A stretch of DNA of 63,806 nt, filler included, from Bipalium vagum (lineage: Eukaryota), in assembly GCA_037834085.1 (NCBI GenBank). It is 3 parts of 3 records of this genome, joined end to end, with 100 filler letters (N's around TTAATTAATTAA, not from the genome) between each part and the next. Parts side by side here need not be neighbours in the genome. Positions count along the whole stretch, not along the records: positions 16,325 to 33,828 come from JBBMKC010062631.1; positions 33,929 to 63,806 come from JBBMKC010016053.1; 1 more part is not named here. One strand, 5' to 3'. Both the position numbers and the translations under genes were made by a program. Every line of letters starts with the position of its first letter. Position 1 is the stretch's first letter. This document shows positions 24,966 through 38,329 of this stretch, one piece after another. Below the pieces are notes generated by a model. That model was given only the letters and a program-made list of their open reading frames with translations, did no database searches and was not told the origin of the DNA.

Positions 24966-25265
24966 TAAAGGGTTTTCCAAAATATTTCATCTACTAATAA
25001 AAACCAAATTAAAACGATTAAATGGTATGTTTTATTTACAATTTAAAATAACGTCTTTAACAAGGTATATTTTATGTTTGTAAAGAATCCTAGGCACTTT
25101 TCTCTTGTAATGTCATAGGAGGCTGATATTATTGCTTGTGGTAACTCTTCAGGATTACTAAAATTCAATCCCCTTAGTTTTTTTATTCCACGTACATTTT
25201 CTTTCTCAATTGGATTGCACCCAGGTACATAAGGTGGGAGATGCATTTGGGGGTCCCCTTTCAAT
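24966..25265 (-). mobile_element. IS630/Tc1-like transposase 3' fragment
   Basis: ORF 25043-25264 'HLPPYVPGCNPIEK' (LPPYSPxLNPIE motif); TIR-like TA|TAAAGGGTTTTCCAAAAT. Confidence 0.6.
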
Positions 25266-26049
25266 AGGGATTTTATTATAATAGGAAGGATAATAAATTA
25301 TTTTGACTGTTTCAATTGAAATTTATAAAAATAATATAATTTAATTTAATTTATATAATATAATAAATTTAATATAACTGTGAATTATATTTTAAATTAT
25401 AAATATAATAATACTTTAATTCCCTTATAATAATAATAATTATTATTATATTATTATTATTTATAAAATAATATCATATAAAATTAAAGAGGGAATAATT
25501 AATTAATATTTTTAATTAATATTCCAGATTTATAAGTATAAATCGAAATCGACTTTCGAGGTAAATTCTGTGACGAATTTATCATTTTTAATGGAGAATA
25601 TTAAATGTCTTTTTTTATAAAATTATTTGTCATTTTACAATTTAAGAAGCGTAAATTTCTTGGAAGTTGAACTACTTTTTTAATTTCCAAAATCTTAAAT
25701 TAATTTAAATGTCAATACAAATGTTATAAAATAACATCAAATACGAACTTGGAATTTCGGAATGATTATTAATACTTTTGCACCACAGAAAATTGGTCAT
25801 AGATTTCGTCTGTAAATTCCTTTTAAAGGTTGTCGACTACCAGGGCCAGCGTGATTGTTTTAATGAACGAACAGGAGAATATCTTGGTGCATTTTTATTC
25901 GTCATTGTGAAATCTTTTTAATATTAAATTATTAAGTATTATAATTTATATTATTATTATTATTATTATTATTATTTTTATTATTGTTATAATTTTAAAT
26001 AAATTTTAACTATTTTCAGTAAATTCTTACAAATAGTTATCTTTTTTTT

Positions 26050-26860
26050 AATAATGTATCTACTTTTATAATATGATTTCTGTGATATTAATTGAAAATC
26101 GGTCGGAAGATGTAGCACAGGGGTCAGAGCAGTTCATGTCCTTGTTAAAGGGTTCCGATTAATTTTCAACTTACAACTTCGATTTCTCTTTTATTAACCC
26201 TCAACATTCCACATAAAATTTAATGTGATTACTTACATATTAGACAGGATATCATCGTGATGGTATTACTGGCTTTGGAAGTATAATATTTTGAAAGGTC
26301 TCTGTACATGTATTATTTTTTACCTTGGTTAAGTACAAATAAAAATTAATCTTCTTACCAAAGAGTAAGCACTCGTAATAAATAATACTTTGTAAATTCA
26401 ACCAAATTGAAAGCATGATGTTCTTGGGATTTGGTCTTGCCTTGAAAAGTAATTTGGTGGCTAGTTAGTCCGTTAATATATCTTTTATAGACGGCAATGT
26501 GATAGGAGGCTTAATTTTTAATTAAACATTTTAAAAAGGGCCATTTGATCTCTCTTTACTTACGCGATACGTAATCATTGGTTAGGGATACAAATTCCTG
26601 TGTACTTTAAATAAGTATCTACAATTGTATGAAATATTTCCAGTTTTGCTTTCATCCACCTACCTTGTCGGATGAATGTTACTCCTTGATGATGGTTTCA
26701 AGATTACTCGAATCAATCTCAACTGACTGACCCGAACGGCAGAAACGTTTTTAATGACAGTCTCAGCGTTTGAGTTTAGAAAACTTTTTTTGGAATCCAA
26801 GTTTCGATAAGGCAGCAATTTCTTATGCATTACTTATCGCTATGTATCATTTCCAAAGTA
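26050..26860 (-). mobile_element. Degraded mariner relic
   Basis: Mariner-like N-terminus 'MIHSDK*CIRNC' with frameshifted downstream remnants. Confidence 0.4.
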
Positions 26861-27149
26861 ATATAATACCTATAAATAATAAAACACGTCGTTTTTCAAA
26901 TAGCCTATCAAAATGTGACGGCGAATGAATGTTTTCGACTGTGTCGATAGAGTTCTTTGAATGTCTGCATAAAGAAAAGTTATTATAACCATTAAACATA
27001 ATCTTGTACTAAAATTGTACAGAGTTTCAACCATTAAAAAGCGTACAAAAGTGTTGGATATGAGAAAGTTTTGAGAGAGATATGAACTCCGGTTTTTGTG
27101 AAGCTTTCTTTGTAAAATTACAGTTGCGTTGTTTGAGTAATGGTCCCGA

Positions 27150-27365
27150 ATATTCAAATAACCGAACAAATTATTGTTTTAATACTGCAAAAATTTAATA
27201 AAACCAGCTGCGCGTTTAAATTATGCTCAAAGACAACGGGAATCATTGCCGAAAAGGAAACTTAGTTGATCTCTTAAAGACAAAACAAAAATTCTAAAAT
27301 TAATCGATGATAAACTGAAGAAACAGAAATGTATTGGTGCAGAATACGGTATAAGGGAAACTCTT
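27150..27365 (+). mobile_element. pogo/Tigger 5' fragment (CENP-B N-terminal HTH)
   Basis: 'PKRKLS*SLKDKTKILKLIDDKLKKQKCIGAEYGIRET' resembles the Tigger/CENP-B N-terminal HTH. Confidence 0.6.
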
Positions 27366-28471
27366 TAATATTTAGCATTTTGTTTTAATTTTTGTTTTCA
27401 TCGCATTTGAATATTTGAGATTTTTGAACTTTTTATACATCTCCACCCAGATCAAATCGCCAAGTGGTAATAAATAATCGTAAAGATCGGCATTTTTTTG
27501 ACATGAACCTGCAAAAAATTGCTTAATATAATCTTATCCCATGCTCTGTTCAGCAGTAAAACCGGATCATCGAGTACTATCCCATGCAGTTCAACATTGT
27601 TTTGTAAAAAAAAAACCACATGATTTTATGGAAGCAATAATTATATTTTTTGCTTATGCACGATAACTCATTAACAATAATTACTTTTATTATTACTTTC
27701 GCAATTTCCAATGAAATAATTTGTAAAATATTATTAATCATTTGTATTATATTATTTTAAATAATAATAAATTTCGTGAATTCTTTTATTTTGTCAAATC
27801 AAAAATAGGATGAAATTAAATTAAAATGATTTTTCTTTGTTTAAATAACATTTTAAAAATATGAAGAGCAAAAAATTTTTTTTCTGGTAAATATTAATTT
27901 TATTCTAATATATTATTTTAGCAAACAAAAAGACAAAACTTTCACAAAGACTTAAAATAAAAGACTAGAGAATCATACAATAGGAGATAATAAAGGAAGA
28001 TGATTATCAAATTCAATCTATTCAAATTATCTTTTGAAATACTTTATTATTTATTATTATTCTTAACTGACAAATGAATATCATCTTTCTTTGGAAAAAG
28101 ACTGATTTTATTTAAACGGGAATGATAAGGCTGCATAATATAAAACTATCGTAAACTCCACAGAAAATTATATTAATAAAACAGAGATTTTATTTTATTT
28201 ATTTATTTTTATTATAATAATTTTTTTTGAATATACAGACTTTATTAATAGAACAAGAACAAAAAATGATTATTAAAAATGATTAGAAAATTTTATATAA
28301 ACTATTGTATAAGTTTTACTACAAGTCCTAAAATTGATTTAATTAACGATTTTTTTATTTTTTATATTTAATCGATATTTGAATATATTTAAGATGTGTT
28401 CATCAGTTGAAAAATTTAGAAACCATATAAATAAAATCATAATTATAAATAATCCGTATTACTCCCCAGTG

Positions 28472-29497
28472 TTGGGTTGTATCAAAAGTTTCCGTGATTT
28501 CAAAATTCACACAATCTACTAGGGTGATGCAAAAATTCGTACTCAATAAATCTTATAAAGAGATTTTACATTCCAATTAAGGTTTTACGGTTTATTTCAA
28601 AATGCAATAGCTATATTTTATGTATAATTTTATTTAAGTAGCAATCTATTATTTGTTTAAATATTGAAATATTGACTGTAAGTTTTTGAATTTCAATTAA
28701 TACTTTTTTTTCAAATCTTTTGATTAAGATGATCTATTATGAAATTATTAAGTAATATAAAACTTGCATATGAAAAAATAACATTTTATAACTTTTAAAA
28801 ATAAGACCATTATTGTGTACATTGTGCCACAAAACAGTACACTGAACATTATATTTTCCAAAATCGAATCTTTTAGACACTTGTTGCAAGAGAGTGGTCA
28901 TGTAACATCCAATATTTATTTTTCCTTCATTCATAAAATAGATCCTTTTTTCAATTGAAGTAACAATGCGATTCCAGATGCAGTCATCTGTAAGATTTTA
29001 TAAAATATTTTACATATTTCTAAGCGTCATCCGATATCTCATGCGGATCTAATCTAGATCACTAATGTCATAACAGTTGAATCTAAGTTTTCTCAAGTAT
29101 CGATTAATGGGGTCTTTTGATGGCTGAATCATCGTGTAGAATTTATAATGGGGCTTATCTTCGAGACTAGTATCTCCGTTTAGAAAGATTTTGAACCAAT
29201 CTGAGACTGTATTATAGGCTCGACATCTTCTTTAATATAAAAAAAGTCTATTTGGTGGAAGCAATAGTAAATCTTTTTCAAAATTGACGGATCAAATTCC
29301 GATTTGCAATTTTTTCTTTATATATCCATTTTACTTTAATTCAAATAAGTACATTGATATATTTATTTATTATAAAAATATATTTTCATAGTAAAATATC
29401 GATGATATCAATTTTTTAAAATTTGTTAATACAAATATTTATTTTGATAAAAGAAAATTAAACTCTCAAAGTCACGGAAGCTTTTAATACAACCTAA
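28472..29497 (-). mobile_element. Mariner element with both TIRs, decayed
   Basis: TIRs TTGGGTTGTATCAAAAGTTTCCGTGATTT / revcomp TTAGGTTGTATTAAAAGCTTCCGTGACTT. Transposase remnants on the minus strand ('WFKIFLNGDTSLEDKPH'). Confidence 0.85.
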
Positions 29498-32400
29498 TAT
29501 TAGGAAAGCTAAATCTAAATTTAATTAGAATTTAATTTTTTAATTATTTTATTTACAACAATTTTTGTAAATGAAACGGCAATTGTACTTCAGACAAGTA
29601 TTTGATATTTTTGTTTTAATTATCAATGAAATTTTAACATGTTGCCATATATTTTATAAAAATATCTGAATGGCGGGATTTGAGAAATATCTTTTCTGGA
29701 ATTGATTTTAACAAATTCCAACAACGATTTTTGGAATTTATTAATAAATTTATTTTTTTCAGAGTTCATTGAAACCAAACAAGTTACTTTCCATTAATCG
29801 GTGAGAATTTTATTAAAAGTTTTATTATGGAGAACTGTCGCTTAAATTTTATTAAGTTTCCAATTGTTGATATATGAGCTTTTATGAAAATTATTAAGAA
29901 TTTTTATTATCTGTTTATGACAGAAGAAAGAAGATAAATTGCAATAAAGCATGCAATTCCAGTTACAAGGAAAACTAATAAGCTCCTCAAAAATCCATAT
30001 TATTCCCCGAAGAATTGTGTTGATTCGTTTTAATAATATCAATATTAATATTTTCTTATATTTTCTAATTAAGTAGTATTTTTATCCAAGAAAATATTTA
30101 ATATATCCCGGGAGAATAATTTTCATTAACTTTCTAAACACCTTAGTAATATCAAATTAATGATATTTTATGTGAATAACAAAAGGTTTATCTGCAAAAT
30201 AACTTATTAATCAATTAATTAGCTTTAAATTATTTATTAATTTTTTAATCTAATATTATGATGTGTAATATTCTTTTTTCTTTCTCGCTTATTTTCCGAT
30301 ACTTCACGTACTGTATAAAGTTAATTGGTTTCATTTTTTGTCAATTTAATAATATTATTTAATTTAAAAATTTATATATTTTAACAATCTTTTTATATTT
30401 TTTATTTTAATCAGCGTAAAAATTGTTTAATTATTTTTTAATAAACAAATATTTTAATGATTAATTTATATATATAATTTAATTTATTATATATAATAAT
30501 ATTATTTTAATAATTTTTTATTATAAATATAATAATATTATTTTAATAATTTTATTTATTATGACATAATAAATAAAATTTAAAGAATTTTTTATTATAA
30601 ATATAATTCATTTAGTTTATTCTAGTAAATACGTCTTTAATTTTTATCTCTTTTCTAACAAAAATATAAATAAAGAAAATCACTTTAATTAAAAAAAATC
30701 GGTAGAGATTTTTCAAAGCATGTAGCTTAAAATTTGGATATTTAATATTTAATATATATAAGTATAATAAATAATTTTGAATAAATACTTTTTCCTTTAG
30801 TCCAATAATAATTACCTTTTATGAAATCATGATCCCATTATTTTTCCACTTACATAATTTTCAGATGTTTGAGGTTTTACTCAGTTTTCCTTAAGACATT
30901 AATAATTGATGTCTTCTTAATGTAGATCTCCTCCTTCAATAGAATCTTTATTTTCATTTTTAAAATATTATTTCTAAATTATTTTCATTCAGAATATTTA
31001 TTTTTATTGATAACTTCAACGTGATCTAAATTGGTATAATAAAGATTTCGTAACAATAAAGATTTCGTCCCCATTATACCTTGATCATATATTACCAACT
31101 AATTGTTCACTACGAATATCTATCGACAATTGGAATTTTAAAAAATTATCTATTTATTTTTATTTCGAATATTATTATTTTATTTTAGTCATTTCGCATT
31201 TCATCATCCCCCCATTATTCAGATATCTTTTAAAACCGGCATTGATGTCCTGAAAAAATAAATGCTGTGATTGCAGTTTTAGCGTACTCCAATTGGTTGT
31301 GCATGACCTATTTTAACTCCTTGTGTTTATCTTCATCGAGTCACTTTTATTTGAAAATAAATATTGTCTATTTATTGTCTTTTTATATTATATAAACAAA
31401 TAACAACATGGCCGATAAAGGATATTATATATAATGTTTAGACCCAAGATAAGAGCTGGATTTTATTATTTTTTTTTAAAAATTATTTTTATTATTATTA
31501 TTATTATTATTTATTTTTCATTTTTTTAGTATTATTATTTTATTTTTTTACTTTTATTATTATTACTTTCATTATTATTTCTTCTTATTACTATTTTTAT
31601 TATTAATTTTTATTACTGTTATTGAGTGAAGAGGATTTATTATTGATCAGTGAGTGTCAACAACTTTAGCATATTAATTAAACTATTGATTATAGTATTA
31701 ATTAAGTAATTGAGTTAACAATAGAAAAATCTACCAAATTAGAATCTCAGATTGTACAGAATTAATGTCTCCTGAGAATTTCAGGAAAATTTAGTAAATT
31801 TTTCAGGAAAAAATTAGCTATTTGTTCTTTACTTATCATTTACTTTTCATTTAATTATAAATTCTCAATTATTCCCTAGCAACCGGTCTAACAGAAGAGC
31901 AATTAGTCTTCAGAGATGTGAAGGGTACAATCTTCGAATTGATATTTCGCCTTCAATGTCTTTATTAACATTGAAGATATAAGAAATACATATATAAATG
32001 GAAAACATTCAAAGAGGTAACTTATAATTATCTAAGGAACAGACTATCAGCAATTACTTCTTTCTTTTTTAAGTCTTCTTTTACGTGAAAAAAATTTGTT
32101 GGAAAATTTTCTATATCATTGTCTCATTATATTTGTGACGCCTGAAAATTTCCGGATAGTCTTCTGTTGTCGTTGGCATTCTTCGAGGGACTTTCTGTTG
32201 GATTTTAATTGACTGATCTACAGTTGAGACTAAACGTCATCAAGACTGCAGAAAAACAAAAGCAAGAACACTGAATCGATTGAGCTATAACAAATTGTAC
32301 AACAATAAACCATAGACTTAGTTAATGCCAATAACAAATCTCAGAGTTGTTGTATAATAATTCAGATGTTAACATTTCTATTGATATAAATAGCTTCAAC

Positions 32401-33399
32401 AAACCTTTAAACATTATTACTCTCTTGGAAAGGGTGTAGAAAGTTTGAGAAAACCATCTCAACTTTTATATCTTCACAGTAAATATCGATAAAGATATGG
32501 ATAAAATTTATTCAGAAGATATAACATAATATTACCAGATACCCGGCTTTCCCTGAAATAAAGATAAAGATACATAAAGTTACATTACTATCTGCTATAC
32601 CTTAACCAAGCAGATATTTCAGTCACTACTTTTCATCCTGCCGTTATCAAATTAGCTCCTATTCTTCTCAGAGTTCCAGCGTTACATACGTAACGAGACA
32701 GCCGTCTAACGCGTGCAATGTGTGAAAGCATAATGAAGATTAATTATAACAGACGACTAACCGTTTAAATTATGTATGTTCAAGGCAAAAACGACAAACA
32801 ATGAGAAATAGGCGTAATTTCGTTATTTATAAATTAATTTGACGAAAATCAATGAAATCTAAATTTATATTTTCCTTAAGAGGTTCATCTAACAACTGTT
32901 TTCATCTTTATATATATATTCATTATATATTTTATATATGCTTCCCCGCCTATTTTAATAATAAGAACATTAAGAAAGTTTATTAATATAACCATTTTAA
33001 AGAATAATTTTCATTGACGATATCATAAATTATCCTGTTTTTACCTTTATTTAAAAATAATATAATAATAAATCGAAAAAATAAATAAATTAAAAAATGT
33101 ATTAATATTTCTAAAAAAATAAATAAATTATATAAAAATATATCTAATAAAAATTTTACAAAAAAATTAAATAATTTTTAAAATAATTTTTAAAAATTTT
33201 AAAAATCAAATAGTGTTTTTAAAAAATAAATTTCACTTCAGAAAAGTATCAAAGAATTAATTTGTTTAAATAAGTCGATTATAGAATTTCACAAAATGTA
33301 TTTTTATCTTAAACAACATTTAAATCAAAATGATTTATTGTATTTATTAATGGCGATAAGATAACTGAAACATTAAATATCCATAAAAATTATCATATT

Positions 33400-33828
33400 A
33401 TTTAATAATATTATTATTAGAATAATAAATATTATTATTGATAATAAATAAATATTACTATTGATATTTAATAAAATAATTAATAATATTATTGATAATT
33501 AATAAAATAATAAATATTATTATTGATAATAAATAATTAATACTATTGATATTTAATAAAATAATTAATAATATTATTGATAATTAATAATAAATAAATA
33601 ATATTATTGATATAAAATAAAATAATTAATATAATTATAGGTAATTAATAAAATAGTAAATATTATTATAGATAATTAATAAAATAATAAATATTGTTAT
33701 TGATAATGAATAATTAATACTATTGATATTTAATAAAATAATAAATATTATTTTAAATAATTAATAATAAATAAATAATTTTATTGATAATTAAAAAAAT
33801 AATAAACATTATTATAGATAACTAATAA
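33400..33828. repeat. AT-rich minisatellite array abutting the gap
   Basis: Repeated approx. 25-30 bp units such as AAATAATAAATATTATTATTGATAATT. Confidence 0.8.
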
Positions 33829-33928
33829 NNNNNNNNNNNNNNNNNNNNNNNNNNNNNNNNNNNNNNNNNNNNTTAATTAATTAANNNNNNNNNNNNNNNN
33901 NNNNNNNNNNNNNNNNNNNNNNNNNNNN
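33829..33928. other. Artificial scaffold spacer (44 N + TTAATTAATTAA + 44 N)
   Basis: Same 100-bp design as 16225-16324. Confidence 0.97.
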
Positions 33929-33996
33929 ATATATAAATATAATATATAAATATAATATAAATATAATATAAATATAATATAAATATAATATAAATA
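33929..33996. repeat. 11-bp tandem repeat (ATATAAATATA)n
   Basis: Directly visible tandem units after the gap. Confidence 0.8.
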
Positions 33997-34049
33997 TTTT
34001 TTGTTCTTATCCAATTAAAAAAATATAAAAATAAAATCAAGAAATTTAC

Positions 34050-34298
34050 TTTTAATGAAATCATGGCACATTTTTCTGAATTTTCTTTAATTAGTTTTCT
34101 GTAACGTACTTTTATACCTTTTCCACAAGACTTAGAACAAGAGCTCCATTCCAGCCATGGCGTTGTAGAGCAGTGTCTGGCTTTTATTGGATTCGATTTT
34201 AGAAACCCTAATTTAGCACCTTTCGTTTTGGATTCATTGGAATAAGCTTCATCTTGCAGAACTATATTATCAGAATTACAAAATTGATTTGACTGTTT
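34050..34298 (-). CDS. SPON1: F-spondin exon encoding linker + thrombospondin type-1 repeat
   Basis: ttccag|AAA ... TTAAAA|gtaaat; 83 codons KQSNQFC...HCSTTPWLEWSSCSKSCGKGIKVRYRKL...C (WxxWxxCSxSCGxG..R.R). Not in the ORF track. Confidence 0.9.
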
Positions 34299-34345
34299 CT
34301 GGAAAGATTGATTCGTTATTAAAAATACTTTATTTTAATCTTTAC

Positions 34346-34673
34346 ATTGTATTCTTGAATGAGTTTGAATGTCACAGTTCCAACATTCTGTAATTTTCCA
34401 TCAAGTACGGTAAATGGATTATCCTTTGGCCAGTAGCTTGTTATTGGACATATTGATGATTGATTGTGAATTTCTTTTTTATACAAATACGTTTCTCCTG
34501 TATAAACGCCAGCGTCCCATGGATAGATGGGAATTACTTTTTTGTTGGGCCAAGAGCATTTTCCGTCACATAAATCAAATCTACTGAGGCCCGTACACCA
34601 GTCAGGACTCGGTTCTAGTCTTGACAGAAAGCTTACCAAATGGTATGAAGAGTTGACTACAATCAACGCAGAT
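34346..34673 (-). CDS. SPON1: F-spondin exon, Spondin_N domain C-terminal half
   Basis: tttcag|A (phase 2) ... AAT|gtaaag. 'HLVSFLSRLEPSPDWCTGLSRFDLCDGKCSW...PWDAG..GETY' matches Spondin_N; DLCxxxCxW is the F-spondin pattern. Confidence 0.93.
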
Positions 34674-35456
34674 CTGAAATTGAAGACAAAATTAAATGAA
34701 AATTGACATGAATTATAATCTGCAACTTAAACATTAACGACCATTATGGAAAATCAGTTTAAATATTTTTCTCCTGATTTCAATATCTTAATGAATACAA
34801 CTTTTTATACTTCTTCAAGCTCTTTTAATTTTAATATGCCCTAAAACTGCTCATGTCACTGAAGTGTCCAAGCAAAATAATAATTAACTTTATATGCAGA
34901 TTTTAATACATAAGTAAAGAAATATGAGTTTCGCTGATGGCTCTATATATGGTAATTTAGAATATTATTTCTACAATTAAAAAAATAATATAAACTATAA
35001 CTATAATTCAAATAAATCAAATTAAAATTAATTAAATTAAATTAATTAAATAAATTCAATTTAAATTAAATAATTATTAAATATTAATTATAATTAATAT
35101 AAACATATTAAACTATCTCGTCTTAATAAAAAACCACCAACTTCTATATAAAACTTTATATTTAAAATAAATTGTTTACATTTGGTATTATAAGATGGAG
35201 AATTAAATGAAATGTTTATAAGACAAAAGTAAATAGACTTCGATCTGTTATCAAAACTGGAAAATACTGGCCTAAATTACTGATTAATGTTTTTATTATA
35301 TTTTCCAGCGTAAATAAAAGAATTTTAGTAATACCCGATATATTATAAAAATTATTAAATTACAATTAAAAATTATTTGGATATGATTCAGCTAAGCTTT
35401 AACTTTCTGCATTTCACAAATTTGAAAAGGTTATATTTTATTACTGTACACGTTCA

Positions 35457-36059
35457 CAGGTTTTTTCAGAAATATATAGAAAAATATTCAAAATATATAA
35501 TTTTATGAAAAATACATAGAAAAAATATTCGATTGTTTCTATTTGAATTTGATCGCATTTAGTCAGCCAAAAATATCAGCTGCATGGTTGCTATTAAAAT
35601 GACAGATTACATTGTTTGGTCTTCTGTTTATTTATAAAATCAAATTTACAGGCATTTTATGCTTCGATATCAAAGACGGATCTTTCGATTGTGACTGCAT
35701 TATGGACTTTATTAGTGACAAACTATGCAATCATTTCGATCGAAATCATGGGGATGTATTAGTGATGGACAATTGCAGGTTCCATCGCCTCAAAGATGTT
35801 ATTTAAATTGCTAACAAAACTAGGTATTGCTTACAGATTTCTGCCACCATACTCGTCTCAACTACAAGTCGCAAATATAATCCTTTATGAGAACCATTAT
35901 AGATCTGGTGATTTATAAGAATTGATTACCAAAGTACATATCGATTTAAGTGATTATTTATGCAACATGAGGCGATTTATAGAAAAAGCCTTGGTGAGAC
36001 AAGTTTTTATATAGTGTATATTTCCACTATATTTTTCTATATATTTCTGCATAACCCAG
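35457..36059 (+). mobile_element. Non-autonomous IS630/Tc1-like DNA transposon, copy 2
   Basis: Colinear with 403-1057. TIRs CAGGTTTTTTCAGAAATATATAG / ...ATATTTCTGCATAACCCAG|TA; ORF 35612-35806 'DVLVMDNCRFHR'. Confidence 0.85.
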
Positions 36060-36224
36060 TAACATTGACATAAGGTTGTTAAGTTATAAATGTGCGTTTT
36101 AATTAACATTTACTATTACATAAACAACTTAAAAACCGCTCATTTTTAATTTTGTTACGTATATTTGTTTAATTTGTTTATATTTTATTGACATTCTTTC
36201 ATTTCATTCATTTATAGTTTAAAA

Positions 36225-36560
36225 ATGAGATTATAAATATTTATAACCAAAAATACAAAATTCACATTTGTATGTGATATGATTGCTAAGAAGGAGACTG
36301 TCACAGAATCCTACCGAACAATATGCAATGTTATTCGTGATACTGTTTTAATAGTCAATGCAATAGATAATTCACATGAACGACATCTCAAATGGTAGAT
36401 CACATAAAAGAAGTCATTGAGACAGATCCTAAACAAAATACTCGAGAACTTCCTATGATGACGTGGCAAAATTCATTGACTTTCAATTGGCAAAATATAT
36501 AGACGTAGCAAATGAATCCCAAACCAACATAGTCTTGAAAGGCGCATTTCTATTTTAATC
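36225..36560 (+). mobile_element. Degraded mariner 5' fragment
   Basis: 'TVTESYRTICNVIRD', 'IKEVIETDPKQNTREL' and a WIP-like motif resemble the mariner HTH region. Confidence 0.5.
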
Positions 36561-37548
36561 TAATATTTTAATTCTTATACAAGTATTGAATAAACCATGT
36601 AAATAATATTTGAACAAAGGCTTAGGAAACTTGGAGTACTGTATGGACTTGTTGAGAAATCGATTTCAGATAAAATAAAAATCGTAATACTTTCATATTT
36701 GGTGTTGATATTTATAAGTATAAATTAAATTATAAATTATTGTGAAATAATAACTAAAAAAAGTACTATAATGATTTTCTTAGTTTTGGTTAAAACAATC
36801 ACAAATCTGAAGAAATATAAATTAATTTGATGTCTTTTGTTCTGACAATATTCCAAATCCTCACCTTGCAGTCATTTCACAAGAACTATGCTTGAGTTTA
36901 AAATAAAAGAATCTCACTATTTTTGATTCTCTAGGACAACATTTAAAAAAATCTCGGAATTTTAATAATTAAAAATTCATTGACTGTCGGATCTCCTGTA
37001 ATTTTTCAGTAAAAATGGCAAAAGATTTTTGAAAATATCTGTTGTGTTAAGTGTTGAATATCTCACCAAATCGGAAGGCGGAGAGAATTTTTAAAAATTA
37101 CTAATGTTAGAGATATTGAAAATGAGGATAAGAGATATGCGTATAATGCTTCAAAATGAATCTAAGCAAACCAAAAATATATGCCTGACACACTTATAGC
37201 AAACAATTGTTAATATTGTTCATAGAGTTAGACAATAAAAAGATTTCCATTATATTAAAACATAAAGAGAGTTGAATAAAAAATAACAGCTCATAAATTC
37301 CAATCAGCGTTGCTAACACTATTATTTTTCTATGATATATTATTATATTAAGTTTAAAAAATGCTGGTAATATTGCCAAAATTTTCCAAAAAAGTTGTAC
37401 ATTAAGCGTCTCAATTTGAAGTTGAGCTTATTTATTTATTATTTATAAATTTATCTTTAAACCAAATGGTACTAGTGATAGGTTTTATAAAATTAATAAA
37501 CTTTTTGATAAGTCGAACTATATTTCATATGCATTTTGTCTTATTATA

Positions 37549-38200
37549 TTAGGTGCCTCGAAAGAAACCAGCGACCAGAAAGCAAAGTTTTAAAAGAAAA
37601 TATACTTAATTCAAAATAATATCAATCAATTATGTATGATCATCAACATCAATAATCAACTGCCATCTTTCCATTAAGGACTGGAAACCATCGGCAAAAA
37701 TGTAGCAGAATTTTCATCAAAACACTAACGAATCCTCTGTTGAGTAATTTTGGAGGTGTGCGACCTGGTGTTATATTGATGGAGGATAACATCTTTACTA
37801 ATGAATAAATCTTGGCGAGTTTGCAAATGTGTATCAACCAATCGTTCCAATTGTTGACAGTAAAGATTTGAGTCAGCAGTTTGTCCATAATCAAGTTACT
37901 CCAAATATACATTTCTCTTTCAGTCCCACCATACACACAGCAAACAATGGTCATGTTGCAGTTGAAATTGGAGTCCATTTTGTTGAAACCCATTGACGAT
38001 GATTATCTGGATTCTCATATAGAATCCACCGTTCATTGAAGTCAATATTTTATCAGATTGTATTTCTTATTAGATTTGCATTTGAACTCGTAATCATCAT
38101 ATACTTCTGTTCATTTGATAAATTGTGTTGATTCCATATTCAATTTATACCGTATACTTTCCAATAAGTTGCAAATGATCACTCACAACAGCGTAGATTA
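37549..38200 (-). mobile_element. Degraded mariner (3' part with TIR)
   Basis: TA|TTAGGTGCCTCGAAAGAAAC TIR-like end; frameshifted 'YENPDNHRQWV' and C-terminal remnants. Confidence 0.6.
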
Positions 38201-38329
38201 ATATACATTTCTATTTTTTCAAAATAATCTTCTTTAAAGTCAACAAACTTTTGTATTCTATAAAACCAATTTTCAAAGCATTTTTATTCATTCAGACGTT
38301 ACTACAAATACCAATATCTCGAATTTAAC

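Noticed and set aside
32530-32830. Possible Helitron-like end (TACCCGGCTTTCCCTG)
   Set aside because: Hairpin and CTAG terminus are imperfect; no Rep/helicase remnant I can support.
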